Part shown: positions 19,198 to 28,303 of the stretch, one piece after another
How positions within the stretch are numbered: position 1 is the stretch's first letter
Layout of the letters: each line of letters begins with the position of its first letter
The notes under the pieces: generated by a model
What the model saw: the letters and a program-made list of their open reading frames with translations, nothing else
Told to the model about the DNA's origin: nothing
The model's database searches: none
Assembly: GCA_044507625.1 (NCBI GenBank)
Contig: JBIQJE010000009.1
Coordinates: 31,842-95,841 of the forward strand
Direction of reading: 5' to 3'
DNA from: Hyphomicrobiaceae bacterium
GTDB lineage: Bacteria > Pseudomonadota > Alphaproteobacteria > Rhizobiales > Hyphomicrobiaceae
DNA: 64,000 nucleotides
Translations under genes and position numbers: made by a program

Positions 19198-19680
19198 ATG
19201 GCGCTCGCACCCTATACGAAAACCGAGCCGCCGCCCGCCGACAAGCTGCCGGTGATCACGCCGCGCGCAATCTCGTGGACGTCGCGCGTCTGGCGCCACG
19301 GCCCGGCGGGCGTCGTGCCGCTGTTCAAGATCGATCTGGCGCTCGACGTCGCCGCGATCGAGGATCGCGCCCTGCAGGAGGCGCTGCGTCCCTTCGAGCC
19401 GCAATTGCAGCGGTTCGCGCTCTACGTCCTGCATCCGGAAGAATCAAAGCCCCTCGCGCCCTGGGCGGTCGGCCGCTTCGACGTCGATGAGAAGAGCGCT
19501 TTCATCTTCCTGCACGATTTTCTTGCCGCTCCCAATGGCATGCTGATGCTCAATCTCCTGCAGGCTCAAGGCGCCGCCACCGAGTTCATCCTGAGCCTCG
19601 TGCCGATGACGGTGGAGCGAAAGCGCATTCTGTTTGCCGTTCCGGACTACGATCTCGGCGTGCGCGCGCCCATCGGCTGA
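19198..19680 (+). CDS. hypothetical protein, unknown function
   Basis: 160-aa ORF starting 3 nt after the preceding stop, with high-GC3 codon usage. No motif recognised. Confidence 0.6.
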   Translation: MALAPYTKTEPPPADKLPVITPRAISWTSRVWRHGPAGVVPLFKIDLALDVAAIEDRALQEALRPFEPQLQRFALYVLHPEESKPLAPWAVGRFDVDEKSAFIFLHDFLAAPNGMLMLNLLQAQGAATEFILSLVPMTVERKRILFAVPDYDLGVRAPIG

Positions 19681-19848
19681 TCCACTGACCCTGCGCAGGC
19701 ATGTTGTCGCCATGAACGGCGCAGCCGGCACCTACGCGCGCTGACGCGATGCCAATGCGTCGACCCCTGAGATCATTGCCCGGGGCGCTATCATCACGTA
19801 TGAGTGCGCCTCCCCTTGAAGGCCGTCAGGAAAGCCCCGGAACACACC

Positions 19849-22122
19849 ATGTCTGAGCTGCTGCTCGAGCTCTTCTCCGAAGAAATCCCCGCCCGCTTGC
19901 AGGTGCGCGCCGCCGAGGATTTGCGCCGCCTCATGGTCGATGGCCTCAAGGCCCGCGGCCTGGAGACGGGCGAGGCGAAGAGCTTCGCAACGCCCCGGCG
20001 CCTGGCACTCGTCATCGCGGATGTGCCGAAGAAGTCGCCGGCGATCTCGGAGGAGCGCAAGGGCCCGCGCACGAATGCGCCTGAGCAGGCCGTGCTGGGC
20101 TTCCTGAAGGCGGCGGGGCTCGCTTCCATCGACGAAGCCGTCGTCGTCAACGACGGGAAGAAGGGCGATTATTACCTCGCGCGCATCGAGAAGCCGGGCC
20201 GCCCGGCGGGCGAGATCATCGCCGAGGTGCTGCGCGAGACGATCCTCAATTTCCCCTGGCCGAAATCCATGCGCTTCAACGCCAAGCTCGACGGCGGCGG
20301 CGAGCTGCGCTGGATCCGTCCGCTGCATTCCATCATCCTTTTGCTCGACGGCAAGGTCGTCCCGTTCGAGATCGCCGGCATCAAATCCGGCGCGACGACG
20401 CGCGGTCACCGCTTCATGGGCGGCGAAGCGTTCAAGGTGACGGGCTTCGCCGACTATGAGAAGCAACTCAAGGCGAACAAGGTTGTGCTCGACTTTGCGA
20501 CGCGCGCCGCTGCGATCAACGAGGCCGCGCACACGCTCGCCAAGGATGCCAAGCTGACGCTCGTCGAGGATGACGCGCTCGCCGCCGAGAACGCGGGCCT
20601 CACCGAATGGCCGACCGTGCTCATGGGCGAGTTCGACAAGTCGTTCCTCGACGTGCCCGCCGAGTGCCTGACCAGCGCCATGCGCACGCACCAGAAGTGC
20701 TTCTCGCTGCGCCACGGCAAGAAGCTCGCCAACCGTTTCCTGCTCGTCTCGAACCTCAAGGCCAGGGACGGCGGCAAGACCATCGTCGCAGGCAACGAGA
20801 AGGTCATCGCCGCTCGCCTGTCGGATGCGAAGTTCTTCTGGGAGACGGACCTCAAGAAGACGCTCGACGACATGCGCGACGAGCTGAAGGGCATCACCTT
20901 CCACGAAAAGCTCGGCACGCAGTTCGAGCGCACCGAGCGTGTGAAGGAGCTGGCCCACCAGATCGCCACCGAGCAGGAGCTGTGCGAGGCGGCACTCGCC
21001 TTGCGTGCGGGCGAATTATCGAAGGCAGACCTCGTCTCCGGCATGGTCGGCGAGTTCCCCGAGCTGCAAGGCCTGATGGGCCGCTACTACGCGGAAGCGG
21101 AACGCATCGCGCCGGAGATCGCGCGCGCCATCGAGCTGCACTACAAGCCGAAGGGCCCGACGGACTCCGTGCCGCTGGAGAGCGAAGGCGACGGCGCCGC
21201 CGTGGCCGTGGCGCTGGCCGATAAGCTCGACATGCTCGTTGGCTTCTGGGCCATCGGCGAGAAGCCGACCGGTTCGGGCGATCCCTATCAGCTCCGCCGC
21301 GCCGCGCTGGGCGTTATCCGCCTGGTGCTCGACAACGACCTGCGCATGCAACTAATGAAGCAGCTTTTGCTGCCATTTATGCAGCTCCTGCTCACTCTGA
21401 AGAGTAAGGCTCTCGATGTCGAGCTGCGTGCAGCTTATGCGGAGCAAGCCGAACTTGTGATCGACTATATCGAGAAAACCGGGCACCGACCAACGTCTTC
21501 GAGCAAGTCCGCCCCTTCTTCGGGATCTGACGAAGAACGCGCGACGCGCAAGGAGGCTCTCAAGCGGCAATACTTAGCTGAGAGTAAGAAACTGTCTGAG
21601 GACCTCCTCACATTCTTCGCCGAACGCCTGAAGGTCTACCTGCGCGACAAGGGTGCGCGCCATGACCTGATCGACGCCATCTTCTCGCTGCCCGGCCAGG
21701 ACGACCTCGCGCTCATCGTCAAGCGCGTGGAGGCGCTCACCGAGCTGCTCGCCACCGAAGACGGCGCCAACCTGCTCGCAGGTGTGAAGCGCGCGCAGAA
21801 CATCCTCACCATCGAGGAAAAGAAAGACAAGACGAGCTACGCGGGCGACTATGACGCCGCGCTGCTGCAGCTTCCGGAGGAGCAGGCGCTGGCCGCCGCC
21901 ATCGACAAGGTGAAGCACGACACCGCCGCCGCGCTCAGCGTTGAAAACTTCGCCGGCGCCATGCGCGCGCTGGCCGAGCTGCGCCCGCCCGTCGATGCGT
22001 TCTTCGATAAGGTGACGGTGAACGCCGACGATCCGGCGCTGCGCAAGAACCGGCTGCACCTGCTGTCGCAGATCCGCGCTGCAACTCTGAACGTCGCCGA
22101 CTTCACCAAGATTGCTGGCTAA
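19849..22122 (+). CDS. glyS: glycine--tRNA ligase beta subunit (with atypical internal segment)
   Basis: MSELLLELFSEEIPARLQ is the canonical GlyS N-terminus. 757 aa. Codons of about 501-589 have aberrant composition (see findings). Confidence 0.95.
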   Translation: MSELLLELFSEEIPARLQVRAAEDLRRLMVDGLKARGLETGEAKSFATPRRLALVIADVPKKSPAISEERKGPRTNAPEQAVLGFLKAAGLASIDEAVVVNDGKKGDYYLARIEKPGRPAGEIIAEVLRETILNFPWPKSMRFNAKLDGGGELRWIRPLHSIILLLDGKVVPFEIAGIKSGATTRGHRFMGGEAFKVTGFADYEKQLKANKVVLDFATRAAAINEAAHTLAKDAKLTLVEDDALAAENAGLTEWPTVLMGEFDKSFLDVPAECLTSAMRTHQKCFSLRHGKKLANRFLLVSNLKARDGGKTIVAGNEKVIAARLSDAKFFWETDLKKTLDDMRDELKGITFHEKLGTQFERTERVKELAHQIATEQELCEAALALRAGELSKADLVSGMVGEFPELQGLMGRYYAEAERIAPEIARAIELHYKPKGPTDSVPLESEGDGAAVAVALADKLDMLVGFWAIGEKPTGSGDPYQLRRAALGVIRLVLDNDLRMQLMKQLLLPFMQLLLTLKSKALDVELRAAYAEQAELVIDYIEKTGHRPTSSSKSAPSSGSDEERATRKEALKRQYLAESKKLSEDLLTFFAERLKVYLRDKGARHDLIDAIFSLPGQDDLALIVKRVEALTELLATEDGANLLAGVKRAQNILTIEEKKDKTSYAGDYDAALLQLPEEQALAAAIDKVKHDTAAALSVENFAGAMRALAELRPPVDAFFDKVTVNADDPALRKNRLHLLSQIRAATLNVADFTKIAG

Positions 22123-22133
22123 ACCAACAACCC

Positions 22134-22180
22134 TGTCATCCCGGGCGCAGCGAGCGTCGCGAGCAAGACCCGGGACCCAG
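22134..22180. repeat. GC-rich palindromic (REP-like) element downstream of glyS
   Basis: TCCCGGG..cgcagcgagcgtcgcgagcaaga..CCCGGGA forms nested inverted repeats. It resembles the GTCATCCCGGGCGC..CCCGGG intergenic repeats common in Rhizobiales (from memory). Confidence 0.35.
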
Positions 22181-22329
22181 CGTGAGAATTTGCCATCGGC
22201 CCGATAAAGTGTCTGCGACACGCCTTACGCGAGGTCCCGGATAGCCGCTCACACTGTTCGCAACTTCCGGAATGACCGGGCGTGCAGAGAACGCACAACT
22301 GCGTAGAGTTTGGGAGGCGCCAGAAACCC

Positions 22330-22770
22330 ATGCAAACCGACACCCGCTATCTCTTCATCTACGGCACGCTGATGAGCGGCGCGGCAACGGATTTCGGCGC
22401 CGAGCAACGCGTGCGCCTGGCCTCTGAATCGGACAGCCTCGGCCCCGCCTCGCTGCCCCATGCGCTGCTCTACGACCTTGGGCGCTATCCCGGCGCAACG
22501 TCCGGCGGCGGCCTCTACGACATCGTGCACGGCGAAGTGGTGCTGCTCGCCGACGCCGTGGCCTCGCTCGCCTGGCTCGACGACTACGAGGGCTACGCGC
22601 CGAACGGCGACAACAACGAAGCTGACAGCAACGAATACGAGCGCGCCGTACGGCAGGTGCGTCTTGCGGGCGGCGAAACGTTCGATGCTTGGGTCTATCT
22701 GCTGCGCCAAGCCCCCGCCGACGCAGATGCGCGCCGCATCGCCAGCGGCCGCTGGGACAGCAGCCGCTGA
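22330..22770 (+). CDS. gamma-glutamylcyclotransferase (AIG2/GGCT-like) family protein
   Basis: YLFIYGTLM N-terminal motif, ..YDLG.YPG.., and E within GEVV, over about 146 aa. Confidence 0.7.
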   Translation: MQTDTRYLFIYGTLMSGAATDFGAEQRVRLASESDSLGPASLPHALLYDLGRYPGATSGGGLYDIVHGEVVLLADAVASLAWLDDYEGYAPNGDNNEADSNEYERAVRQVRLAGGETFDAWVYLLRQAPADADARRIASGRWDSSR

Positions 22771-22929
22771 CATCTACGCATCTTGTTTTGGAGAACCGTT
22801 GAGAGCTGGCCCGCGGACCCCGCTTGGCCCTCTACCGCACAGGCACGATCCCCGCTTAAGACCGAGGCCGGCCAGCTCCCAGGCGACCGTTCATACACCG
22901 GCCGCGCCGCCGCCACTATTGGGTAGGCG

Positions 22930-22970
22930 AAAACAAATATTCATGTGCAAATCGCGTGCATGTGATTTGC
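22930..22970 (-). terminator. putative intrinsic terminator of the ABC-F gene
   Basis: GCAAATC/GATTTGC 7-bp stem (22947-22970), followed on the minus strand by AUAUUUGUUUU. Confidence 0.4.
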
Positions 22971-22998
22971 CGCTGATTAGGCACGCGAAGTTTGCGCT

Positions 22999-24918
22999 CT
23001 ACGCATCCGCCGCATCGGAAGCGTCGGTGTTCGCCGCTTCGAATTCTTCGCTCGCGATGAGCCACGCATCTTCCGCCTCACTCAAACGCTTCGCGAGCTG
23101 GCCGCGCTCTATGGCTGCGTTTTGCGCCGCCTGTGGTTCTTTGGCGTAGAATTGCGGATCGGCGAGCATGCGATCGAGCCGCGCGATGTCTGCACCGATA
23201 GCTTCTACTTTTTTCTCGGCGGCCTGCATCGCTTTCTTCAGAGGTGCGAGCGACGCACGGCGGTCGGCGGCGGCGCGGCGCTGATCGGCCCGCGCAGTGC
23301 GGCCCGTCTCGCTGTTCTTGGAAGCTGCCGTCTTGCTGCGCGTTCCAACACCGCGCGCTTCCAGCAACTCGGTGCGATAGGCGTCCATGTCGCCGTCGTA
23401 GGATTTCACGGTCCCCGCGCGCACGACCCATAGCCGGTCGGCGCAGGCCTCGATGAGGTGCCGGTCGTGGCTGATGAGAATGACGGCGCCCTCGTATTCC
23501 GCCAGCGCATGCACCAGTGCCTCGCGGCTGTCGACGTCGAGATGGTTGGTCGGCTCGTCGAGAATGAGCAGGTGCGGCGCATGGAACGCCGCAAGCGCGA
23601 GCAACAGCCGCGCCTTTTCGCCGCCCGAGAGGTTCGCGCACTTGGTATCGGCCTTGTCCGCCGAAAAGCCATAGGTGCCAAGCCGCGTGCGCCGTTGCGC
23701 CTCCGTCGCCTCCGGCATCAGGTCCAGGATGTGATCGTAGGGCGTTTTCGCCGGGTTCAGCTCGTCGAGCTGGTGCTGGGCGAAATAGCCGATGTCGACC
23801 CGCTTGGCGCCGAGCACATCGCCCGTGAGCGGGCCCAGCTTGCCCGCGATCAGCTTGGCGAACGTCGATTTGCCGTTCCCGTTCTGGCCCAGCAGCGCGA
23901 TGCGGTCGTCCTGGTCGATGCGCAGGTTGAGGCCCGTCAGCACTGGTGCACCGGGCGCATACCCCACCGACACATCCTCGAAGCGCATCAGCGGCGAGGC
24001 GAGCGCCTTCGCCGGGTTCGGCAGGTGAAAGGGCTTCACGCGCTCGTCGACCTGGGCGGCGATGGGCTTCATCTTCGCCAGCACCTTGACGCGGCTCTGC
24101 GCCTGGGCGGCCTTCGTGGCCTTCGCCTTGAAGCGGTCGATGAACGTCTGGATACGGCGACGCTCCTCGTCCTGCTGCTTCTTCAGTTTCAATTCGAGCC
24201 GCTGCTTTTCCCGCCGCGCCTCCTCGAAGTCGTCATAGCCGCCCGAATAGAGCGTGAGCTTGCCCCGGTCGAGATGCAGGATGCTCGTCACCGCGCGGTT
24301 GAGCAGGTCGCGGTCGTGGCTGACGATGACCACCGTATGCGGATAGGTGCGCAGATAGCTTTCCAGCCATAGGGCGCCTTCCAGGTCGAGATAGTTCGTC
24401 GGTTCGTCGAGCAGCAGGATCTCCGGCTCGAGGAACAGCACCGCGGCGAGCGCGACGCGCATCCGCCAGCCCCCCGAAAGTGATCCGCACGGCCGCTGCT
24501 GTGCCGCTTCGTCGAAGCCGAGACCGGCGAGGATCTGCGCAGCGCGCGAAGGGGCGGCGTGCGCGCCGATGTCGGCGAGCCGCTCGTGGATCTCCGCGAT
24601 GCGGTTGGGGTCGGCGGCGTGCTCCGCCTCCGCCAGAAGCTGCGCGCGTTCGGTGTCGGCGGCGAGCACCCAATCGATGATGCTCTGCTCTCCGCCCGGC
24701 GCTTCCTGCGCAACATGCCCGATGCGGGCCGTGCGCGGAACGGTGATCGAGCCCATGTCGGGCGCGAGATCGCCGCAGATGATTTTCAGCAGCGTCGTCT
24801 TGCCGGTGCCGTTGCGGCCGACGAGGCCCACCTTGTGGCCGGTGGGGATGCCAGCGGTCGCGCCCTCGAAGATGGGGCGGCCCTCGATGCGGTAGCTGAG
24901 GTCGTTGATGTGCAGCAT
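22999..24918 (-). CDS. ABC-F family ATPase (YheS/Uup-like, two NBDs, no TMD)
   Basis: Two Walker A motifs (GRNGTGKTT, GQNGNGKST), two LSGG signatures, an inter-domain linker and a C-terminal coiled coil. ATG 24918 gives MLHINDLSYRI. Confidence 0.9.
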   Translation of the reverse strand: MLHINDLSYRIEGRPIFEGATAGIPTGHKVGLVGRNGTGKTTLLKIICGDLAPDMGSITVPRTARIGHVAQEAPGGEQSIIDWVLAADTERAQLLAEAEHAADPNRIAEIHERLADIGAHAAPSRAAQILAGLGFDEAAQQRPCGSLSGGWRMRVALAAVLFLEPEILLLDEPTNYLDLEGALWLESYLRTYPHTVVIVSHDRDLLNRAVTSILHLDRGKLTLYSGGYDDFEEARREKQRLELKLKKQQDEERRRIQTFIDRFKAKATKAAQAQSRVKVLAKMKPIAAQVDERVKPFHLPNPAKALASPLMRFEDVSVGYAPGAPVLTGLNLRIDQDDRIALLGQNGNGKSTFAKLIAGKLGPLTGDVLGAKRVDIGYFAQHQLDELNPAKTPYDHILDLMPEATEAQRRTRLGTYGFSADKADTKCANLSGGEKARLLLALAAFHAPHLLILDEPTNHLDVDSREALVHALAEYEGAVILISHDRHLIEACADRLWVVRAGTVKSYDGDMDAYRTELLEARGVGTRSKTAASKNSETGRTARADQRRAAADRRASLAPLKKAMQAAEKKVEAIGADIARLDRMLADPQFYAKEPQAAQNAAIERGQLAKRLSEAEDAWLIASEEFEAANTDASDAADA

Positions 24919-24986
24919 GGCGAGCACATAGCCCCTCCCGCGCGGCCTGTCACGACGGCCATGCGCGAGGAGTTCCATGCGCCGGG

Positions 24987-25361
24987 CTAGCCGTTCCCCG
25001 TCTTGGGATCAGACGCCGATGCCGAGCGCCGCAGCAGGGCCAGAGCCAGGAAATAGGCCGCCACCGTCAGCGCGCAGGCGATGGCGGCGAGGCTCGGAGC
25101 GAAAGCCCAGCCTGCGCGCAGCATCAGCGGCAACGCGACGAACAGCACGAGGGAAGGGAGCACCAGTCAGAAGATGTCGGTCGCGAGATCGGCGACCTTT
25201 ACGGTATCGCCCGTATCGACATAGAGCCAGATCATCGCCAGCACGGACATGACCGGTATCGACGCCAGCACCGCGCCGGCGAGGGAGGAGCGTTTCGCGA
25301 CCTCGGAGATCGCCACCACCAGAACGGCGGTGATGGCGACCTTGATGAGGTTCGCAAGCAT
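24987..25361 (-). pseudogene. DUF3147 family membrane protein interrupted by one in-frame TGA (25169-25167)
   Basis: The 64-aa ORF ends ..ATDIF*. The same frame continues LVLPSLVLFVALPLMLRAGW..LLRRSAS to TAG at 24987. Family members read ..FW(F/L)VLPSL.. here (from memory), implying TGG to TGA. Confidence 0.7.
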
Positions 25362-25367
25362 CGGGTC

Positions 25368-26603
25368 CTACCCTGAAACGACCGGCTTCAGCGTTTCGAC
25401 GAGAAGACGCTCCTGGGTTGCCTGATCGGCGACCGTGAGGTGGGCGAGGAACCAGTCCTGCACCATCTGGCAGACCCGGTCCGGCGGCTCGCGCGACAGA
25501 AGCGAGGGATTGGAGAACACCTGCAGGTCGTTCTCCTTCCAGCCGAGCTTCGTCAGCTCCTGCACGAGAACGTCGTAATCTTCCTTCACCGCCTTCTCGT
25601 GCGTGGTGGGCGCCCGGCGGCCATCCGCGATGGCTTCGAAGATCGCGGCGATCTGAGTTTGCACCGAGGCGCCATGCTCGGGCGACTGCAGCACTTCCAG
25701 CACCGCTGGCGACGTCTCGCCCTGGGAGATGAAGCCGTAGCAGGCGCCGACATTCTTTTCCGCGAGCGCCTTGAGGTTGTTGAGGAACGCCACGGCGACT
25801 TCCTTGAGGCGCGGCGTGCTCGCGGCCAGTGCGTCGTTGGCGTGCTGGCGGCGCAGGGTAACGAGCGCCTCGGCGAGATGCTTGTTCACCGCCTCCTCGC
25901 TCTGGTGCTCGCTCGTGAGCTGCGCGGCCTGGCGAAGCTGCTCGCCATACCAGTCGGGGAACTCGCGCTTGACGACGCTCCAGGCTGCAAGGTGCGAGAA
26001 CTTGCTATCGAGCGCCTGCGCGTCGGTACTCAGAGCTGCAGTCGATGCAGCAGGGGCCGCGGCTTCACCGGAAGGCGGTGCATCCGAGCCGGGAGCAGCG
26101 ACGGTCGGCACCTCGCCATCTCCACTTGAAGTCACGCTGTCGTGCAGGAAGCCGAGCGCGCCGCTCTGCCAGGCGACCCAGCCGCCACCGCCCACGATGG
26201 CGATGAGCGCCAGCGCGCCCACCGCGCGCCGGACGTTGGCCCAGCGGCTGCCGTCGGAATCATCCGCGACGCGAATGCGATTCGGTTCGAACGACGGCTG
26301 CGCCGCGGCGCTCCCCGCAGCGCCTGAAGAATCGGTCCACCGCCCGCCACCCGCCGATGCAGGCGCATTTGGGGCCCCCGCGGCACCGGGACGCGGGGCC
26401 GCTGCCGGCGCCGCTTCGGGCTGAGGGAACGGAAACACGGCCGGTGCCGGACGCCAGTCGGCAAAGCCCGGACGCCAGATGAGATCGGTGGGTTTTAGGT
26501 GGCCCTGCGCGACGAAGGTGCGCATCTCGACATCGGACAAAGGCCCGTGTTGCTTGCCGTCGCGCGCGATATACCACTGAATATCAGCCTGCTGGCCAGT
26601 CAT
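25368..26603 (-). CDS. GYF_2 (DUF4339) domain-containing membrane protein
   Basis: N-terminus WYIARDGKQHGPLSDVEMRTFVAQGHLKPTDLIWRPGFADWRPA, followed by a Pro/Ala-rich linker, one TM helix and a C-terminal helical domain. Confidence 0.7.
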   Translation of the reverse strand: MTGQQADIQWYIARDGKQHGPLSDVEMRTFVAQGHLKPTDLIWRPGFADWRPAPAVFPFPQPEAAPAAAPRPGAAGAPNAPASAGGGRWTDSSGAAGSAAAQPSFEPNRIRVADDSDGSRWANVRRAVGALALIAIVGGGGWVAWQSGALGFLHDSVTSSGDGEVPTVAAPGSDAPPSGEAAAPAASTAALSTDAQALDSKFSHLAAWSVVKREFPDWYGEQLRQAAQLTSEHQSEEAVNKHLAEALVTLRRQHANDALAASTPRLKEVAVAFLNNLKALAEKNVGACYGFISQGETSPAVLEVLQSPEHGASVQTQIAAIFEAIADGRRAPTTHEKAVKEDYDVLVQELTKLGWKENDLQVFSNPSLLSREPPDRVCQMVQDWFLAHLTVADQATQERLLVETLKPVVSG

Positions 26604-26841
26604 AGAAGTCTCGTGTGATTGAGGAAAGTCGAGGATTCCGGGCGCGTGACACCTAGCCGAGATTGGCCGTTTTGCATGGCGTCAATGTGGTTCGCCGCAC
26701 CCTCACTCGTCAATTGGCCGCACCGGCGCGGGGCCAGTTCGTCCACGGCGGCGTTCTAGTCGTCTTGCTGCGAATTCGTGGTCCAGTTATAAGGCGCCGC
26801 AATTCAAGACAATTCCTAACCGTGATTAGAAGGTCGAAGGT

Positions 26842-27264
26842 ATGGCCACCGAGAGAACATTCTCCATTATCAAACCGGACGCCACTGAGCGCAACCTTAC
26901 CGGGGCAATTAACGCACTGATCGAGCAGTCCGGTCTTCGCATCGTCGCCCAGAAGCGCGTGCGCTGGACGAAGACGCAGGCCCGTGAATTTTACGCCGAG
27001 CACAAGGCCCGCCCGTTCTTCGGTGAGCTCGTCGAGTTCATGACCTCCGGCCCGATCGTCGTTCAGGTTCTTGAAGGCGAGGATGCCGTTGCGAAGTATC
27101 GCGCGCTGATGGGCGCCACCGATCCGGAAGATGCAAAGCGCGGCACCATCCGCAAGCGCTACGCCGAATCGAAGGGCAAGAACTCCGTGCATGGCTCCGA
27201 CAGCGCCGCTTCGGCGAAGCGGGAGATTGCATTGAACTTCGGCTCGAAGGAAATTGTCGGCTGA
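26842..27264 (+). CDS. ndk: nucleoside-diphosphate kinase
   Basis: [19 protein letters not shown] are canonical NDK motifs. 140 aa. Confidence 0.95.
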   Translation: MATERTFSIIKPDATERNLTGAINALIEQSGLRIVAQKRVRWTKTQAREFYAEHKARPFFGELVEFMTSGPIVVQVLEGEDAVAKYRALMGATDPEDAKRGTIRKRYAESKGKNSVHGSDSAASAKREIALNFGSKEIVG

Positions 27265-27305
27265 CGACCGTAGCTGGATAGCGCGGTCGGAAGGGGACAC
27301 TCCCT

Positions 27306-27830
27306 ATGACGCGCATCCGGTTCTACGTTGCAACGAGCCTCGACGGTTTCATTGCCGATCGCGAAGGCAGCGTCGACTGGCTGGCTCCATACGACGCCCG
27401 TCTCTACGGCTACGACAGCTTCATCTCCGAGGTCGGCGCGCTCATCATGGGGCGTCGCACCTTTGAGCTGATCTCCGCATTGGGGGAGGATTGGCCCTAC
27501 GCCGGCAAGCCGGTGTACGTGCTTTCCTCCAGCTCCCTCGACGATGTGCCGAGCGGCGTCACCGTATGTGCGCGCGGCATCGCGGCGGCCTTGCTGCAGG
27601 CCCGGGCGGCGACCCGCAAGGACATCTGGATTGTGGGTGGCGCTGTCACCATGCAGTCCGCCCTCGAGGAAGGTCTCATCGACATGATGGAGATCTTTCT
27701 CGTTCCTGTGCTGCTGGGTTCCGGGCTCAGTCTGCTGAACGATCTTTCCCGCCGCCCCACGCTCGCCTTCGACGGCATCGAGGCCTTCCCCGATGGCGTG
27801 GTGAAGCTGCGCTATCTGGCGCCCCGCTGA
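27306..27830 (+). CDS. dihydrofolate reductase family protein (RibD C-terminal domain)
   Basis: FYVATSLDGFIADREGSVDWL..IWIVGG.. pattern over 174 aa. Confidence 0.8.
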   Translation: MTRIRFYVATSLDGFIADREGSVDWLAPYDARLYGYDSFISEVGALIMGRRTFELISALGEDWPYAGKPVYVLSSSSLDDVPSGVTVCARGIAAALLQARAATRKDIWIVGGAVTMQSALEEGLIDMMEIFLVPVLLGSGLSLLNDLSRRPTLAFDGIEAFPDGVVKLRYLAPR

Positions 27831-27885
27831 TCGGATCCTTTAAAGTAACGCGCGGGTTTCCGCGGGTACGCGGATGCTCCCGCCC

Positions 27886-28303
27886 GCGGCCCGCCACGCT
27901 CTCCGACGCTGCCGCAGGCAAAGCTTCGCACCGCTCGCGTCAGTGCTCTGAGGCTCGGCCGCCGACGGCGGCAAGGCGCCAAGGGCGCCCGGCGCGAGCG
28001 CCGGCTCTCCACGCTCCCCAACGCTGCCGCAGGCAAAGCTTCGCGCCGCTCGCGTCAGCTGCTCTGAGGCTTCTGCCGCCGACGGCGGCAAGGCGCCAAG
28101 GGCGTCCGGCGCGTGCGCCGGCCATCCACGCGCGCATCGCTCGCCGCAGGCAATGCTTCGCGCCGCTCGCGTCAGCTACTCCCAAACCAACCCTCGGCCG
28201 CCGCAGGCGGCACGGCGCCAAGGGCGCCCGGCGCGTGCGCCGGCCATCCACGCGCGCATCGCTCGCCGCAGGCAATGCTTCGCGCCGCTCGCGTCAGCTA
28301 CTC
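27886..28303. repeat. GC-rich tandem repeat, about 3.6 copies, period 116-123 bp
   Basis: Units start near 27954, 28070 and 28193, plus a partial first copy. The last two copies share a near-identical block of about 77 nt. Internal palindromes are CCGGCGCg(a/t)GCGCCGG and GCCGCCGaCGGCGGC. Confidence 0.85.

Noticed and set aside
19732-20958. 408-aa minus ORF antisense to glyS
   Set aside because: Same reasoning. glyS on the plus strand is unambiguous.
21349-21615. Intein, IS or MITE inside glyS
   Set aside because: The segment is too short for an intein and lacks splice-junction residues. I saw no terminal inverted repeats or target-site duplication. It is kept only as an in-frame compositional anomaly.
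27886-28303. CRISPR array?
   Set aside because: The period is about 116-123 bp with no alternation of conserved repeats and unique spacers. There are no cas genes in the window.
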